DNA of 64,000 nt from Planctomycetota bacterium (GTDB lineage Bacteria; Planctomycetota; UBA1135; UBA2386): the NCBI GenBank assembly GCA_046290465.1, contig JBKAGP010000001.1, positions 2,720,001 through 2,784,000 of the forward strand, given 5' to 3'. The position numbers were made by a program, and so were the translations under genes. The notes below the pieces were generated by a model. The model was not told the DNA's origin. It ran no database searches and saw only the letters and a program-made list of their open reading frames with translations. Below, one piece after another: positions 8,318 through 18,150 of this stretch (its first letter is position 1; each line of letters begins with the position of its first letter).

Positions 8318-11300
8318 TCAGGGCATCGAGACGTGGTCGCCGTCGCGCACGCCGTGGCCGGCCGCGACCAGCAGGTCGACGCCGCGGGCCATGACCTCGC
8401 GCACGTTGCTGCCGAGCCGCGAGATGCCGAAGCAGCGCGCGCACTCGCGCATCAGGTCTTCGGCGGCCAGGGCGTGGTGCTGCCGCAGCAGCCAGACCAT
8501 CGCGTGGGTGACCTCCACCATCGGCAGTTCCTCGGCGCTGCGCTCGCTGCGTTCGTCCTCCGGCACGCGGAAGCCACGGAACGCGGCGCGCTGCTCATCG
8601 CCGGCCCAGACGGTGTCGTGCTCGCTCTGCGATCCCGGCGGCAGCGCCGCGCGCACGCGAGCGCGCACCCTGTCGGTGACGCGCGAGACGTCCCAGGCCT
8701 CGGCGAGGCGGCGCACCAGCCGTTCGAACACCATCGGCGCCTCGACCTCGAGCATGCGGCGCACGGCGTCGACGTCGTCGCTGGCGCACGCTCCCTGGAG
8801 CAACTCGTGCGGACGCGGACCGTCCGGATCCGGCGGCGGAACGTGCGCGGACTCCGGTTCGCCGTCGTTCGCAGCATCCCCATCCGGCCCCTCCGGACTC
8901 TGCCGATCCTCGTCCGACGCGTCCTGGTCCCCCGAATCCCGGCACGACGGATCCCGGAGCAACGGATCCCGAAGTGACGAACCCTCGGGCGACGCATCCT
9001 CGCCCACCGCTCGGTCCGGTTCCGAAGACGCCCCCGGCGCCGGCTCGTCCGCGCCATCCGCCTCGCCGATCACCGCCGCGCCGGCCAGCCTGGGTTCGTC
9101 GGCCCGCGCCCGCGCCGCCGTCTCGGCGCGCTGCGCTTCCTCTTCGACGCGCGCCTGCTCGATCAGGACCTCGAGCCGCTCGAGTTCGCCGTCCGCGTCC
9201 TGCCAGTAGTCGGTCGACCAGACCCGCACCAGCCGCCAGCCGAGCCCGCGCAGCACCGCCGCGCGCAGCCGGTCGCGGTCGCGCGCGGTGGCCGCACGGT
9301 GGTAGGTCGCGCCATCGCACTCGATGCCGAGCAGGTAGCTGCCGGGCCGCGCCGGATCCTCGACCGCGAGGTCGATGCGATAGCCGCTGCAGCCGATCTG
9401 CGTGTGCACGGTGTGGCCGCGCGCGACCAGGGCGTCGCGCACCGACGCCTCGAACGGCGAGTCGACGTCGCGCGACGGGTCGCGTTCGATCGCGCCGACC
9501 AGCGCCGCCTCACCGCGCAGCGCGTAGTCGAGGAAGTGCCGCAGGTGCCGCGCTCCGGTCGCCGTCGAACGGTTCGCGACCTGCTCCGGACCGACCGACG
9601 AGAACACGACCAGCTCGCGGCGCGCCCGCGTCACGGCGACGTTGAGGCGACGCTCGCCACCCTGCAGGTTGAGCGGACCGTAGTTCTCGTAGACCTTGCC
9701 GGCCGCGTCCGGGCCGTAGCAGATCGAGAACAGGATCACGTCGCGCTCGTCCCCCTGCACGTTCTCGAGGTTCTTGACGAACAACTCCTCGTCGGCCTCG
9801 GCGAGCACCGTGTCGAGCGACGGATCGGCGCGCCGTTCGGCGTCGAGCAGATCCTCGATCAGGCTCTGCTGCGCGCGCGAGAACGTCACGATGCCGATGC
9901 TGCGGCGGGCGAGTTCCGGATCGCGCAGGCGACGCACGACGGCTGCGACCAGCGCCTCGGCCTCGGCCTTGTTCTGCTGCGACGCGGCGCGGTCGTAGAC
10001 GCCGTCGACGCGCACGCAGCGCACCCCGGCGCCGTCGTCGGCCGGCTCCGGTGCTGGGAACGTCAACAGCCGGTTCTGGTAGTAGTGGTGGTTGCTGAAC
10101 GCGATCAGCGACTCGTGCCGGCTGCGGTAGTGCCAGTCGAGGTGCATGCGCGGCAGGCCGGCCGCGGCGCACTCGTCGAGCACGCTCTCGAGGTCCTCGG
10201 GCACGTCGTCGACCTCGACGTCGTCGTCCGACGCGACCCGCTGGAAGAAGCTCGTCGGCGGCAGCTGCTTGCTGTCGCCGACGACGATCAGCGATTCGCC
10301 GCGGCCGATCGCACCGACCGCGTCCCACATCGGAATCTGCGAGGCCTCGTCGAACACCACCAGGTCGAAGCGCTGCGCGTCCCGATCGAGGAACTGCGCG
10401 ACCGACAGCGGGCTCATCAGCACGCACGGCGACAGCCGCGGCCACAGCCCGCGGATCTCGGCCAGCAGCCGACGCACCGGCTTGTGCCGCCGCTGCTTCT
10501 TGAGCTCCCGCTCGAGGATGCCCAGCTCGCTGCTCGCGACCTGCGTATCGCGAAGGCGCGGCAGCTTGGCGGCGAGCCGCGCGACCACGACCTTGGCGCC
10601 GAGTTCGATCGCCTTGCGGTCGAGTTCGGCGAACCGCGCGATCGCCGCCTCGTGGTCCTGACCGCGGAACCGCGCCAGCTCCGGCTCCTGCTGGTGCACG
10701 AGGTCCAGCCAGCCCTCATAGACGCTGCGGTCGAACGCCGCCCGCAGCTCGCGCGCCAGCAGTTCGCCGCTCGCGTGCGCTGTGACCAGCGCGCCGAGGT
10801 GCGCCTGCTCGGCCGCCGCTGCGGCGCGGCGATAGGCACACTGGTCGCGCAGCCCGGCCTCGTGGCGCAGCCAGCCTTCGACGCGCTGCGACACGCGGTC
10901 CAGATAGCCGGGCTCGACGTCGACACCAAACGCCTGCTCGAGGTCGAGGTCCAGGTGCTGCCCCACCTGCTGCCGCGCCGCCGCGAACTCGTCGTGCGCG
11001 GCGAACAGCTCCCCGCACAGCTGCGGCAGCGGACTCGCGCCGTCGTGCTGCGCGTCGACGTGCGTGGCGAGCGTCGCGAGCAGCTGCGCATCGGGCTGCA
11101 GCGAACCCGGCAGCAGCCGCAGCACCAGCTGGCGCAGTTCGCGGGCCTGCCGCAGCCAGCCGTCGACGGCGCCCCAGTCGGCGAGCCCGTCGCGCCAGTG
11201 GCTGCCGAGCCCGGTCGCCGCGGTCGCACAGCCGCGCAGTTCGCGCTCCTCATCGCGCACCCGCAGCGCCCGTTCGAGGTCGTCGCGGATCGACGCCGGC

Positions 11301-14300
11301 GCGCCGAGCGGTCCGGCCGCGACGCCGGCGAGCACCGGCTTGAGCTTGCGCAGGCGCCACCAGCGGAACACGAAGAACGTCTCCGCGTGCATCCGGTAGC
11401 TGGCGGCGAACGAGCCCAGGTCGAGCGCCAGCAGGTCGCGACGCCAGCGCGGCTCGAGCTGGGACCACAGGTCGTCGCGACGCCGGCCGATCGCGATGGC
11501 GCGCTCGAGGTCCTCGTCGAACTCGCGCCAGTCCGGCAGCCGCAGCCACGACGCCGGCGGCAGCGACGGCGCCTGCAGCGCACGCAGCAGCGCCAGCAGC
11601 GTCAACAGCTGTTCGTGGCTCGGGCCGACCTCGCCGAACGCCGCCTGCAGCGACAGCGCGTCGACGAGCGGCTGCACCGTGACGCGCAGGCCGTCGACCG
11701 CGCGCTGCAGCCGTTCGGCCATCGGGCGGAAGTCGCGCGTCACCGCCGGCGTCCAGTCGCCGCGCCGCACGCCCCACCACGGCGCCTGGTCGGGCACGCC
11801 GAGCGACGCGGACGCGACCACCAGCGCACCGACCGCCTCGCGCGCCGTCGCGACGACCTCGGGCGTGCTCGCCAGCAGCTCCGGCAGCGGCAGGCGCGTC
11901 GCGTCGCGCAGCTGCACCAGCTGCGACATCGCCTGGTGCACCGACCAACCGTGTTCGCGGCGGCGGTGCAGCGCGTGCACGAAGTCGTTGAGCTCGCCGC
12001 GCTGCGTCTGCAGCCGATCGGCGACGTCCTGCCACTCCTCGGGCGCGCGCCGGTAGCCGAGTTCGAGCGTCATGCGCAGCTGCTCGAGCACCGCCTTCGG
12101 GCCGCTCTTGGTCGAGTGCAGCTCGAGACAGAACGGCCCGAGGCCGACGTCGGCGAGACGGTGGTGCACGACCTCCAGCGCGGCCCGCTTCTCGGCGACG
12201 AACAGCACCCGCTTGCCGTTGGCGAGGCTCTGCGCAATCAGGTTGGTGATCGTCTGCGACTTGCCGGTGCCGGGCGGGCCCTCGAGCACGAACGACCGGC
12301 CGGCGCTGCCGGCCATCACCGCCGACAGCTGCGAGCTGTCGGCATCCTTGGGACAGAACACCTCGCTCGGGTCGAGCTCGTCGAGTTCCTCGCGCGGGAA
12401 CGCCCCGACCTCCTGCGGCAGCGCCGCACCGGGCGCCTCGATCAGGTGCCGCAGCACCGCGCTCTGCAGCAGCTCGTCCCGGTTCTTGAGGTCGAGCCAC
12501 ATCAGGTACTTGGTGAACGAGAAGAAGCCGAGGTGGGCGACGTCCTCGACCTCCCACCGCGGCATCGCCAGCGCCGTGCGGCGGAACACGTCGAGCACCT
12601 TGCCGACGTCGACGCCACGTTCGTCCTCCGGCAGCGGGTCGCCGATCGGCACCGACAGATCGAAGTCGCGCTCGAGCAGCTGCAGCAGCGTCGTGTTGAC
12701 GCGCACCTCGGCGTCGTCCATCACGAACCGGTAGCCCTCCTGCACCGACAGGCGTTCGATCACGATCGGCACCAGCAGCAGCGGCGCCCGCCGCGGCTTC
12801 TGCGACGAGTCGCTCTCGAACCAGCGCAGGAAGCCGAGAGAGAGGTAGAGCGTGTTGGCGCCGCTCTCCTCGATCGACGTGCGCGCGTGGCGGAAGATCT
12901 CGGTAAGCCGGGTGTCGAGCGCGTCGTGGTCGAGTTCGCAGCGCCAGCGGCCGGCGCGCAGCTCCTCGGCCAGGTACTCGGCGACCACGTCGGTGCCGGT
13001 GCGCTGCGACTCCAGCTCGAGGTCGCGCGGATCGTCGTCGGCGCCGAGCCGCGGCTTCGCGTGCAGCCGCATGCGCGCGCCCGACTGCAGGCGGTCCTCG
13101 ATCGCGCCGAGGTCGTGGCCGCTCAGCCGCACCGTCTTCTTGGTCTCGACGAAGTTCAGCAGCCGGTTGAACATCGACAGGTCGAGCAGCTTGTGCTGCC
13201 AGTGCTCGAGCCGGTCGCGGGCGTGGTTGGCGGGCGGCGGCGGCAGCTCGACCGGCGTCGGCAACGCGGCAGCCGGCACCGGTGCGCCGGGCTCGAGCAG
13301 TTCGATCGCGTCGGCCTCGGAGCCTTCGACGGTGCGATAGGCCGAGGTGCGCAGCGGCAGCGGCCGCATGCCGACCCGGCGAGCCGCGGCGATGTCGACC
13401 GCGACGCAGAACGCCTGCTCGTCGTCGAGGCGCTGGTCGCCGGCGGCGCGAGCACGCTGCGGCGACTGCGGCGGCACGACGCAGGCGACCGTCGACTCGA
13501 TCACCACCGCGACGCCGGCCTTGACCGCCTTGCGCAGTTCGAGTGCGGAGCCGAACGTCGGTTCGTCCAGCGACTGCCGTTCGACCCAGCAGCCGACCAG
13601 CGCATGGCCGCGCTGCACGATCACGAACGGATCGAGGCCGATGTGCTCACACAGCGCCGCGTAGAGCAGCGCCAGGTCGAGGCAGGTGCCCAGCCGTTCG
13701 CCGACGACCTGCTCCGGCAACCGGACCTTCTGGCCGACCTCCTCGAAGCTCGGCGGCGGGCTGACGTAGCGCACCCCGATCGACGAGACCGCCACGTGCA
13801 CGGCATCGAGCGTCGCGCGCACGCGCTCGGGATCGCCCTTCTGGTAGCCGTCGAGCGCGCCGTCGCCGGTCGCCCGTTCGAGCCGTTCTGCGACCGCGTG
13901 CAGCACCGGCGACAGCGCCGGATGGTTCGGCGACACGAACGCGGCCAGCAGCGACGGCAGCGCCTCGAGCCCCGGCCATTCGTTGTAGGCGAGCACGTCG
14001 ATCGGTTGCGTGCGCTGCGCCAGCACGTCGTCGCCGTCGAGCACCTGCACGACCAGCTCGGTGCGTGCGCGTTCGAGCAGGCTGGCGAACGCGTCCGCAC
14101 GCAGCGGCAGGTCGGGTGCATCGAGTTCGAGCGACGCGCCGGCCGGCAGCGAGTCGACGCGGCACTCGACACGTTCGGAGAAGTCGACGAGCTCGACCTT
14201 GACCACGAGCTCGCGCAGCGCCTCGTCGCCGTCGTTGTGCAGCGTCAGTTGGTGCAGCCACGGGACCGCGCTCTGCTGCATCGCGTAGCACAGGCGGTCC

Positions 14301-14338
14301 GCGTGGCGGACCTCGATGGCGAGCCCGGAAGTCGTCAC
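8318..14338 (-). CDS. DUF4011 / SF1 helicase / Vsr-like nuclease / DUF3320 protein (Hhe-type anti-phage candidate)
   Basis: WQHKLLDLSMFNRLLNF (DUF4011), GPPGTGKSQT, FDEASQ, QGDERD, RLNVAVTRAR, SPFE...IDLAV...IECDGATYH; N-terminal transglutaminase-like GTCLD...GHA. Confidence 0.85.
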   Translation of the reverse strand: MTTSGLAIEVRHADRLCYAMQQSAVPWLHQLTLHNDGDEALRELVVKVELVDFSERVECRVDSLPAGASLELDAPDLPLRADAFASLLERARTELVVQVLDGDDVLAQRTQPIDVLAYNEWPGLEALPSLLAAFVSPNHPALSPVLHAVAERLERATGDGALDGYQKGDPERVRATLDAVHVAVSSIGVRYVSPPPSFEEVGQKVRLPEQVVGERLGTCLDLALLYAALCEHIGLDPFVIVQRGHALVGCWVERQSLDEPTFGSALELRKAVKAGVAVVIESTVACVVPPQSPQRARAAGDQRLDDEQAFCVAVDIAAARRVGMRPLPLRTSAYRTVEGSEADAIELLEPGAPVPAAALPTPVELPPPPANHARDRLEHWQHKLLDLSMFNRLLNFVETKKTVRLSGHDLGAIEDRLQSGARMRLHAKPRLGADDDPRDLELESQRTGTDVVAEYLAEELRAGRWRCELDHDALDTRLTEIFRHARTSIEESGANTLYLSLGFLRWFESDSSQKPRRAPLLLVPIVIERLSVQEGYRFVMDDAEVRVNTTLLQLLERDFDLSVPIGDPLPEDERGVDVGKVLDVFRRTALAMPRWEVEDVAHLGFFSFTKYLMWLDLKNRDELLQSAVLRHLIEAPGAALPQEVGAFPREELDELDPSEVFCPKDADSSQLSAVMAGSAGRSFVLEGPPGTGKSQTITNLIAQSLANGKRVLFVAEKRAALEVVHHRLADVGLGPFCLELHSTKSGPKAVLEQLRMTLELGYRRAPEEWQDVADRLQTQRGELNDFVHALHRRREHGWSVHQAMSQLVQLRDATRLPLPELLASTPEVVATAREAVGALVVASASLGVPDQAPWWGVRRGDWTPAVTRDFRPMAERLQRAVDGLRVTVQPLVDALSLQAAFGEVGPSHEQLLTLLALLRALQAPSLPPASWLRLPDWREFDEDLERAIAIGRRRDDLWSQLEPRWRRDLLALDLGSFAASYRMHAETFFVFRWWRLRKLKPVLAGVAAGPLGAPASIRDDLERALRVRDEERELRGCATAATGLGSHWRDGLADWGAVDGWLRQARELRQLVLRLLPGSLQPDAQLLATLATHVDAQHDGASPLPQLCGELFAAHDEFAAARQQVGQHLDLDLEQAFGVDVEPGYLDRVSQRVEGWLRHEAGLRDQCAYRRAAAAAEQAHLGALVTAHASGELLARELRAAFDRSVYEGWLDLVHQQEPELARFRGQDHEAAIARFAELDRKAIELGAKVVVARLAAKLPRLRDTQVASSELGILERELKKQRRHKPVRRLLAEIRGLWPRLSPCVLMSPLSVAQFLDRDAQRFDLVVFDEASQIPMWDAVGAIGRGESLIVVGDSKQLPPTSFFQRVASDDDVEVDDVPEDLESVLDECAAAGLPRMHLDWHYRSRHESLIAFSNHHYYQNRLLTFPAPEPADDGAGVRCVRVDGVYDRAASQQNKAEAEALVAAVVRRLRDPELARRSIGIVTFSRAQQSLIEDLLDAERRADPSLDTVLAEADEELFVKNLENVQGDERDVILFSICYGPDAAGKVYENYGPLNLQGGERRLNVAVTRARRELVVFSSVGPEQVANRSTATGARHLRHFLDYALRGEAALVGAIERDPSRDVDSPFEASVRDALVARGHTVHTQIGCSGYRIDLAVEDPARPGSYLLGIECDGATYHRAATARDRDRLRAAVLRGLGWRLVRVWSTDYWQDADGELERLEVLIEQARVEEEAQRAETAARARADEPRLAGAAVIGEADGADEPAPGASSEPDRAVGEDASPEGSSLRDPLLRDPSCRDSGDQDASDEDRQSPEGPDGDAANDGEPESAHVPPPDPDGPRPHELLQGACASDDVDAVRRMLEVEAPMVFERLVRRLAEAWDVSRVTDRVRARVRAALPPGSQSEHDTVWAGDEQRAAFRGFRVPEDERSERSAEELPMVEVTHAMVWLLRQHHALAAEDLMRECARCFGISRLGSNVREVMARGVDLLVAAGHGVRDGDHVSMP
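8874..9008. repeat. Degenerate 15-bp tandem repeat (about 9 units) inside the helicase gene
   Basis: Units such as GAATCCCGGCACGAC / GGATCCCGGAGCAAC / GGATCCCGAAGTGAC, encoding SSLRD-PLLRD-PSCRD-SGDQD-ASDED. Confidence 0.65.
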
Positions 14339-14351
14339 GCCGACAACGGTA

Positions 14352-15107
14352 CTAGGAGGTCGCGCGCCGATCGAGGTGCGTGTAGCCCCCGTCCACGAAC
14401 AGGATCTGCCCAGTCGTGTGCGACGAACGCGGCGACGCCACGAACGCGACGGTGGCCGCGATCTCGCCGGCGGTGGTGAAGCGCTGGCCGAGCGGGACCG
14501 AGCGCTCGATCCGGGCCCGCTCGCCCGAGGGATCCGGCTGCGTCGCCAGCCACGACTCGTAGAGCGGCGTCCACACCTCCGCGGGCAGCACCGCGTTGAC
14601 GCGCACCCCGTCGCCAGCCAGCTCGAGCGCCCATTCGCGGGTCAGCGCCACGACGCCACCCTTGGCCGCCGCGTAGCCCGAAGTGCCGCCCTGGCCGGTG
14701 ACCGCGACCTTGGAGCCGACGTTGACGATGCTGCCGCTTGACCGCGCGAGGTGCGGCCGCGCGAGGTGCGCCATGGTGTAGACGTGCACGAGGTTCTGCT
14801 GCAGCGACGCGGCGAACGCCTCGGGCCCGGCGTCGAGGCCGACGCCGTCGTTGCGGCCGGCGTTGTTGACCAGCACGTCGATCGAACCGAACTCCATCAC
14901 CGCGTCGGCGACGGCGCGGCGGCAGGTCTCGGGGTCGGCGAGGTCGCCGCGCACGCAGTGCACGCGCGGGCCTTCCGCCGGGCACGGGTCGCGGTCGACG
15001 ACCACGACCTTCATGCCTTCGTCGACCAGCAGTTCGACGATCGCGAGACCGATGCCGCTGCTGCCGCCGGTCACCACCGCCACCTTGTCCGTCAGCCCGA
15101 GGTCCAT
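14352..15107 (-). CDS. SDR-family oxidoreductase (sugar dehydrogenase-like)
   Basis: TGGSSGIG, NNAG, YAAAK. Confidence 0.9.
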   Translation of the reverse strand: MDLGLTDKVAVVTGGSSGIGLAIVELLVDEGMKVVVVDRDPCPAEGPRVHCVRGDLADPETCRRAVADAVMEFGSIDVLVNNAGRNDGVGLDAGPEAFAASLQQNLVHVYTMAHLARPHLARSSGSIVNVGSKVAVTGQGGTSGYAAAKGGVVALTREWALELAGDGVRVNAVLPAEVWTPLYESWLATQPDPSGERARIERSVPLGQRFTTAGEIAATVAFVASPRSSHTTGQILFVDGGYTHLDRRATS

Positions 15108-15117
15108 GCCGTTCCTG

Positions 15118-15720
15118 CTACCGCCCCTCGGCGCGACGCACGAGCATCGCCGCCTCCTCGTGGAACCCGGCCGGATGCGGGATGCGGCCGAACTCGTCGG
15201 GCCACTGCCAGCGAACGTCCTCGAACAGCTCACGCATGCGCTCGATCGGGCAGTCGAACGGCGGCCCGCCCTCGGCGCCGGTCTGCATGAACAGCGCGAA
15301 CAGCGGCGCCCCGGGCTCGAGCCAGGTCGCGAGCCGCAGCTCGTAGGCCTTCCAGTGCAGCGGGTCGAGCGCGCACAGGCAGGTCTGCTCGTAGATCGCG
15401 GCGAACGGCTGCTCCGGCCGCCACGACAGCAGATCCGCCTGCACGACGTGCGCCTCGAGACCTTCTGCCGCGAGCTGCTCGCGCAGCCTCGCCACCGGCT
15501 GGTCGGCGATGTCGACGGCCGTGACGTCGCAGCCGTAGCGTACCAGCTCGACGACCTCGTGGCCGTTGCCGCAGCCCGGCACCAGCACACGCCCCTTCGG
15601 CATCGCGCCGACCGCCAGCCACGCGCGCAGCGCCGCGCTCGCCTCGCCGCGATCCCAATGGGTCCGCCCCTGCTCGTAGCGCTGCTCCCAGTCGGCGCGC
15701 CGCTCGTTGGTTTCCGTCAT
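15118..15720 (-). CDS. Thiopurine/thiol S-methyltransferase-like protein
   Basis: WEQRY..G.T.WD, VLVPGCGNG, YEQTCLCAL, GPPF. Confidence 0.85.
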   Translation of the reverse strand: MTETNERRADWEQRYEQGRTHWDRGEASAALRAWLAVGAMPKGRVLVPGCGNGHEVVELVRYGCDVTAVDIADQPVARLREQLAAEGLEAHVVQADLLSWRPEQPFAAIYEQTCLCALDPLHWKAYELRLATWLEPGAPLFALFMQTGAEGGPPFDCPIERMRELFEDVRWQWPDEFGRIPHPAGFHEEAAMLVRRAEGR

Positions 15721-15747
15721 CGCACGCACGTTACACTGCCGCCCCAC

Positions 15748-16194
15748 ATGGGCACCGTCGAAGCCGTCTTCCTGCGCCCGTCGGCGCGCACCCCGGTCCG
15801 TTCGGTGGACGCCGCGAACGTCCTCGCCGGCATCGGCATCGAGGGCGACCACGCCGGCGGCGGCAAGCGGCAGATCACGATCCTGTCGCGCGAAGCCTGG
15901 CAGCAGGCGTGCCGCGAACTCGGCAAGGAACTCGACCCGTCGATCCGCCGCGCCAACGTGCTGGTCTCGGGGGTCGACCTGGCCGCGACGATCGGCAGCA
16001 CGCTGCGCATCGGTGACGTCGTCATCGACGTCAACGGCGAGACGCGTCCGTGCGAACTGATGGACGACGACGGCCGGGTCGGCCTGTGCGCGACGCTGCA
16101 GCCCGATCGCCGCGGCGGCGTGCACGGCATCGTGCGCGAAGGCGGCTCGCTGCGCGTCGGGGACCCCGTCGTCGTCGAGCCGCCTGGTGCATGA
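15748..16194 (+). CDS. MOSC domain protein
   Basis: GIEGD, RQITILS, RRANVLVSG, RPC, GGSLRVGD. Confidence 0.88.
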   Translation: MGTVEAVFLRPSARTPVRSVDAANVLAGIGIEGDHAGGGKRQITILSREAWQQACRELGKELDPSIRRANVLVSGVDLAATIGSTLRIGDVVIDVNGETRPCELMDDDGRVGLCATLQPDRRGGVHGIVREGGSLRVGDPVVVEPPGA

Positions 16195-16322
16195 ACAGCT
16201 GCGACCGGTCCTCGACCGCGGGCATCCGCCGGGTCCCGCGGGCTCGACGACCACGGCGTGCTCGCGAACGGCATCCTGACGACGGCTTCGGTGCAGCAAG
16301 CCGGCCCACGCCTCCGCTTACA

Positions 16323-16369
16323 TGCACTGTATCGCAGCATCCGAGCTGCGAATGATGCGATATCCTGCT
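16323..16369 (+). promoter_or_regulatory. Candidate BoxR/BzdR-type operator upstream of boxC
   Basis: TGCA-N6-CGCA (16323-16336) and TGCG-N6-TGCT (16356-16369); TATCGCAGCAT / ATGATGCGATA inverted repeat. Confidence 0.4.
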
Positions 16370-16435
16370 TGCGATCAAGAGCTGAGGATCCGACACTGTT
16401 TCCCCTCACTTTCAGGCTCTCAGATCGCTGGCCGC

Positions 16436-18073
16436 ATGACCGACTTCAACCGACACCCCGACACCTACCACCACTGGAAGCTCGAGTTCGACGGCGACGT
16501 CGCGCACCTGCGCATGAACGTCAACCCGGACCACCCCTTCCGTGACGGCTACGAACTCAAGCTCAACAGCTACGACCTGTCGGTCGACATGGAGCTGGCG
16601 GACGCGATCCAACGCCTGCGCTTCGAGCACCCCAACGTCAAGGCGCTGGTCGTCGGCAGCGGCCAGGAGCGCGCGTTCTGCGCGGGCGCGAACATCGTGA
16701 TGCTCAAGAGCAGCACGCACCCCTTCAAGGTGAACTTCTGCAAGTTCACCAACGAGACGCGCCTGAGCCTCGAGGACTACAGCCAGAACTCGGGCGTGCG
16801 TTCGGTGTGCGCGATCAACGCGGCGTGCGCCGGTGGCGGCTACGAGCTGGCGCTGGCCTGCGACGAGATCCACCTGGTCAACGACAACAACTCGGCCGTG
16901 TCGCTGCCCGAGGTGCCGCTGCTGGGCGTGCTGCCGGGCACCGGCGGCCTGACCCGCCTGGTCGACAAGCGCAAGATCCGCCGCGACCACGCCGACGTGT
17001 TCTGCACGATGGCCGAGGGCCTGCGCGGCAAGAAGGCGCTCAAGTGGAACTTCGTCGACGCGATCTGGCCGAAGTCGAAGTTCACCGACGCGATCGCCAA
17101 CCGCGCCAGCGAGATCGCCGGCGAGGCCAAGGACAAGGGTGCTGCCAAGGGCATCGAACTGAAGCCGATCGCCTATGAGAAGAGCGAAGAAGACGGCAAG
17201 ACCACGATGAAGTGGGAGCACGTCGAGGTCGTCGTCGAGCCGGGCCAGCGCCTGGCGCGCATCACGTTCACCGGCCCGATCGGCGACCAGCCGAAGGACG
17301 GCGCCGGCTTCGAGGCCGCGGGCTGCGACACCTGGGCGCTCAAGGCCTGGCGCGAGTTCGACGACGCGCTGCTGCAGCTGCGCTTCGACTACGAGGAGAT
17401 CGGCCTGGTCGTGCTCGAGACCCGCGGCGACCGCGGCGCGCTGGTCGAACTCGAGAAGACGCTCGACGCCAACCAGAACCACTGGCTCTGCAAGGAGATC
17501 CTGCTGCACATGGCGCGGGTCTGCCGCCGCTGGGACCTGATGGCGCGCTCGACCTACGCGCTGGTCGACGAGAAGGGCTGCGCCGCCGGCGCGTTCCTCG
17601 AGCTGATGATGGCCTGCGACCGCATCTACGCCAACGACGTCGACGAGGTCGAGTTCGTTGTCGGCCCGCTGAGCGACGGCGACCTGCCGATGAGCCACGG
17701 CCTCAGCCGCCTGCACAACCGCTTCCTGGCGACGCCCGAGCAGGGCGAGAAGCTCGCCAAGGAGCAGCCGACGCTGATCGCGCCCGAAGCCGACGAAGAA
17801 GGCCTCGTCACCTACCTGCTCGACCCGCTCGACTGGGAGGACGACGTGCGCATCGCGCTCGAGGAGCGGGTCTCGATGTCGCCCGATGCCCTCACCGGCA
17901 TGGAGGCCTCGCTCCGCTTCGGCGGCGCCGAGAACTGCGACAGCAAGATCTTCGGCCGCCTCAGCGCCTGGCAGAACTGGATCTTCACGCGTCCGAACGC
18001 CACCGGCGACGAAGGCGCACTCACCCGCTACGGCGCGCCCGAGGGCGCGCAGTTCGACTGGCGCCGCACCTAA
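16436..18073 (+). CDS. boxC: 2,3-epoxybenzoyl-CoA dihydrolase
   Basis: YELKLNSYDL, FCAGANI, KVNFCKFTNETR, EVPLLGVLPGTGG, SPDALTGMEASLRF, IFGRLSAWQNWIF.RPNA. Confidence 0.95.
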   Translation: MTDFNRHPDTYHHWKLEFDGDVAHLRMNVNPDHPFRDGYELKLNSYDLSVDMELADAIQRLRFEHPNVKALVVGSGQERAFCAGANIVMLKSSTHPFKVNFCKFTNETRLSLEDYSQNSGVRSVCAINAACAGGGYELALACDEIHLVNDNNSAVSLPEVPLLGVLPGTGGLTRLVDKRKIRRDHADVFCTMAEGLRGKKALKWNFVDAIWPKSKFTDAIANRASEIAGEAKDKGAAKGIELKPIAYEKSEEDGKTTMKWEHVEVVVEPGQRLARITFTGPIGDQPKDGAGFEAAGCDTWALKAWREFDDALLQLRFDYEEIGLVVLETRGDRGALVELEKTLDANQNHWLCKEILLHMARVCRRWDLMARSTYALVDEKGCAAGAFLELMMACDRIYANDVDEVEFVVGPLSDGDLPMSHGLSRLHNRFLATPEQGEKLAKEQPTLIAPEADEEGLVTYLLDPLDWEDDVRIALEERVSMSPDALTGMEASLRFGGAENCDSKIFGRLSAWQNWIFTRPNATGDEGALTRYGAPEGAQFDWRRT

Positions 18074-18150
18074 CGGCCCGGACGCCAACACCCAACCGAT
18101 CACCTTTCCCTGAGGGGCATCCTTTCCTCACGGATTTCCAAGGCAACCTG

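Noticed and set aside
9299..14479. 1726-aa plus-strand ORF
   Set aside because: Antisense shadow of the helicase gene; no motifs; expected in high-GC DNA.
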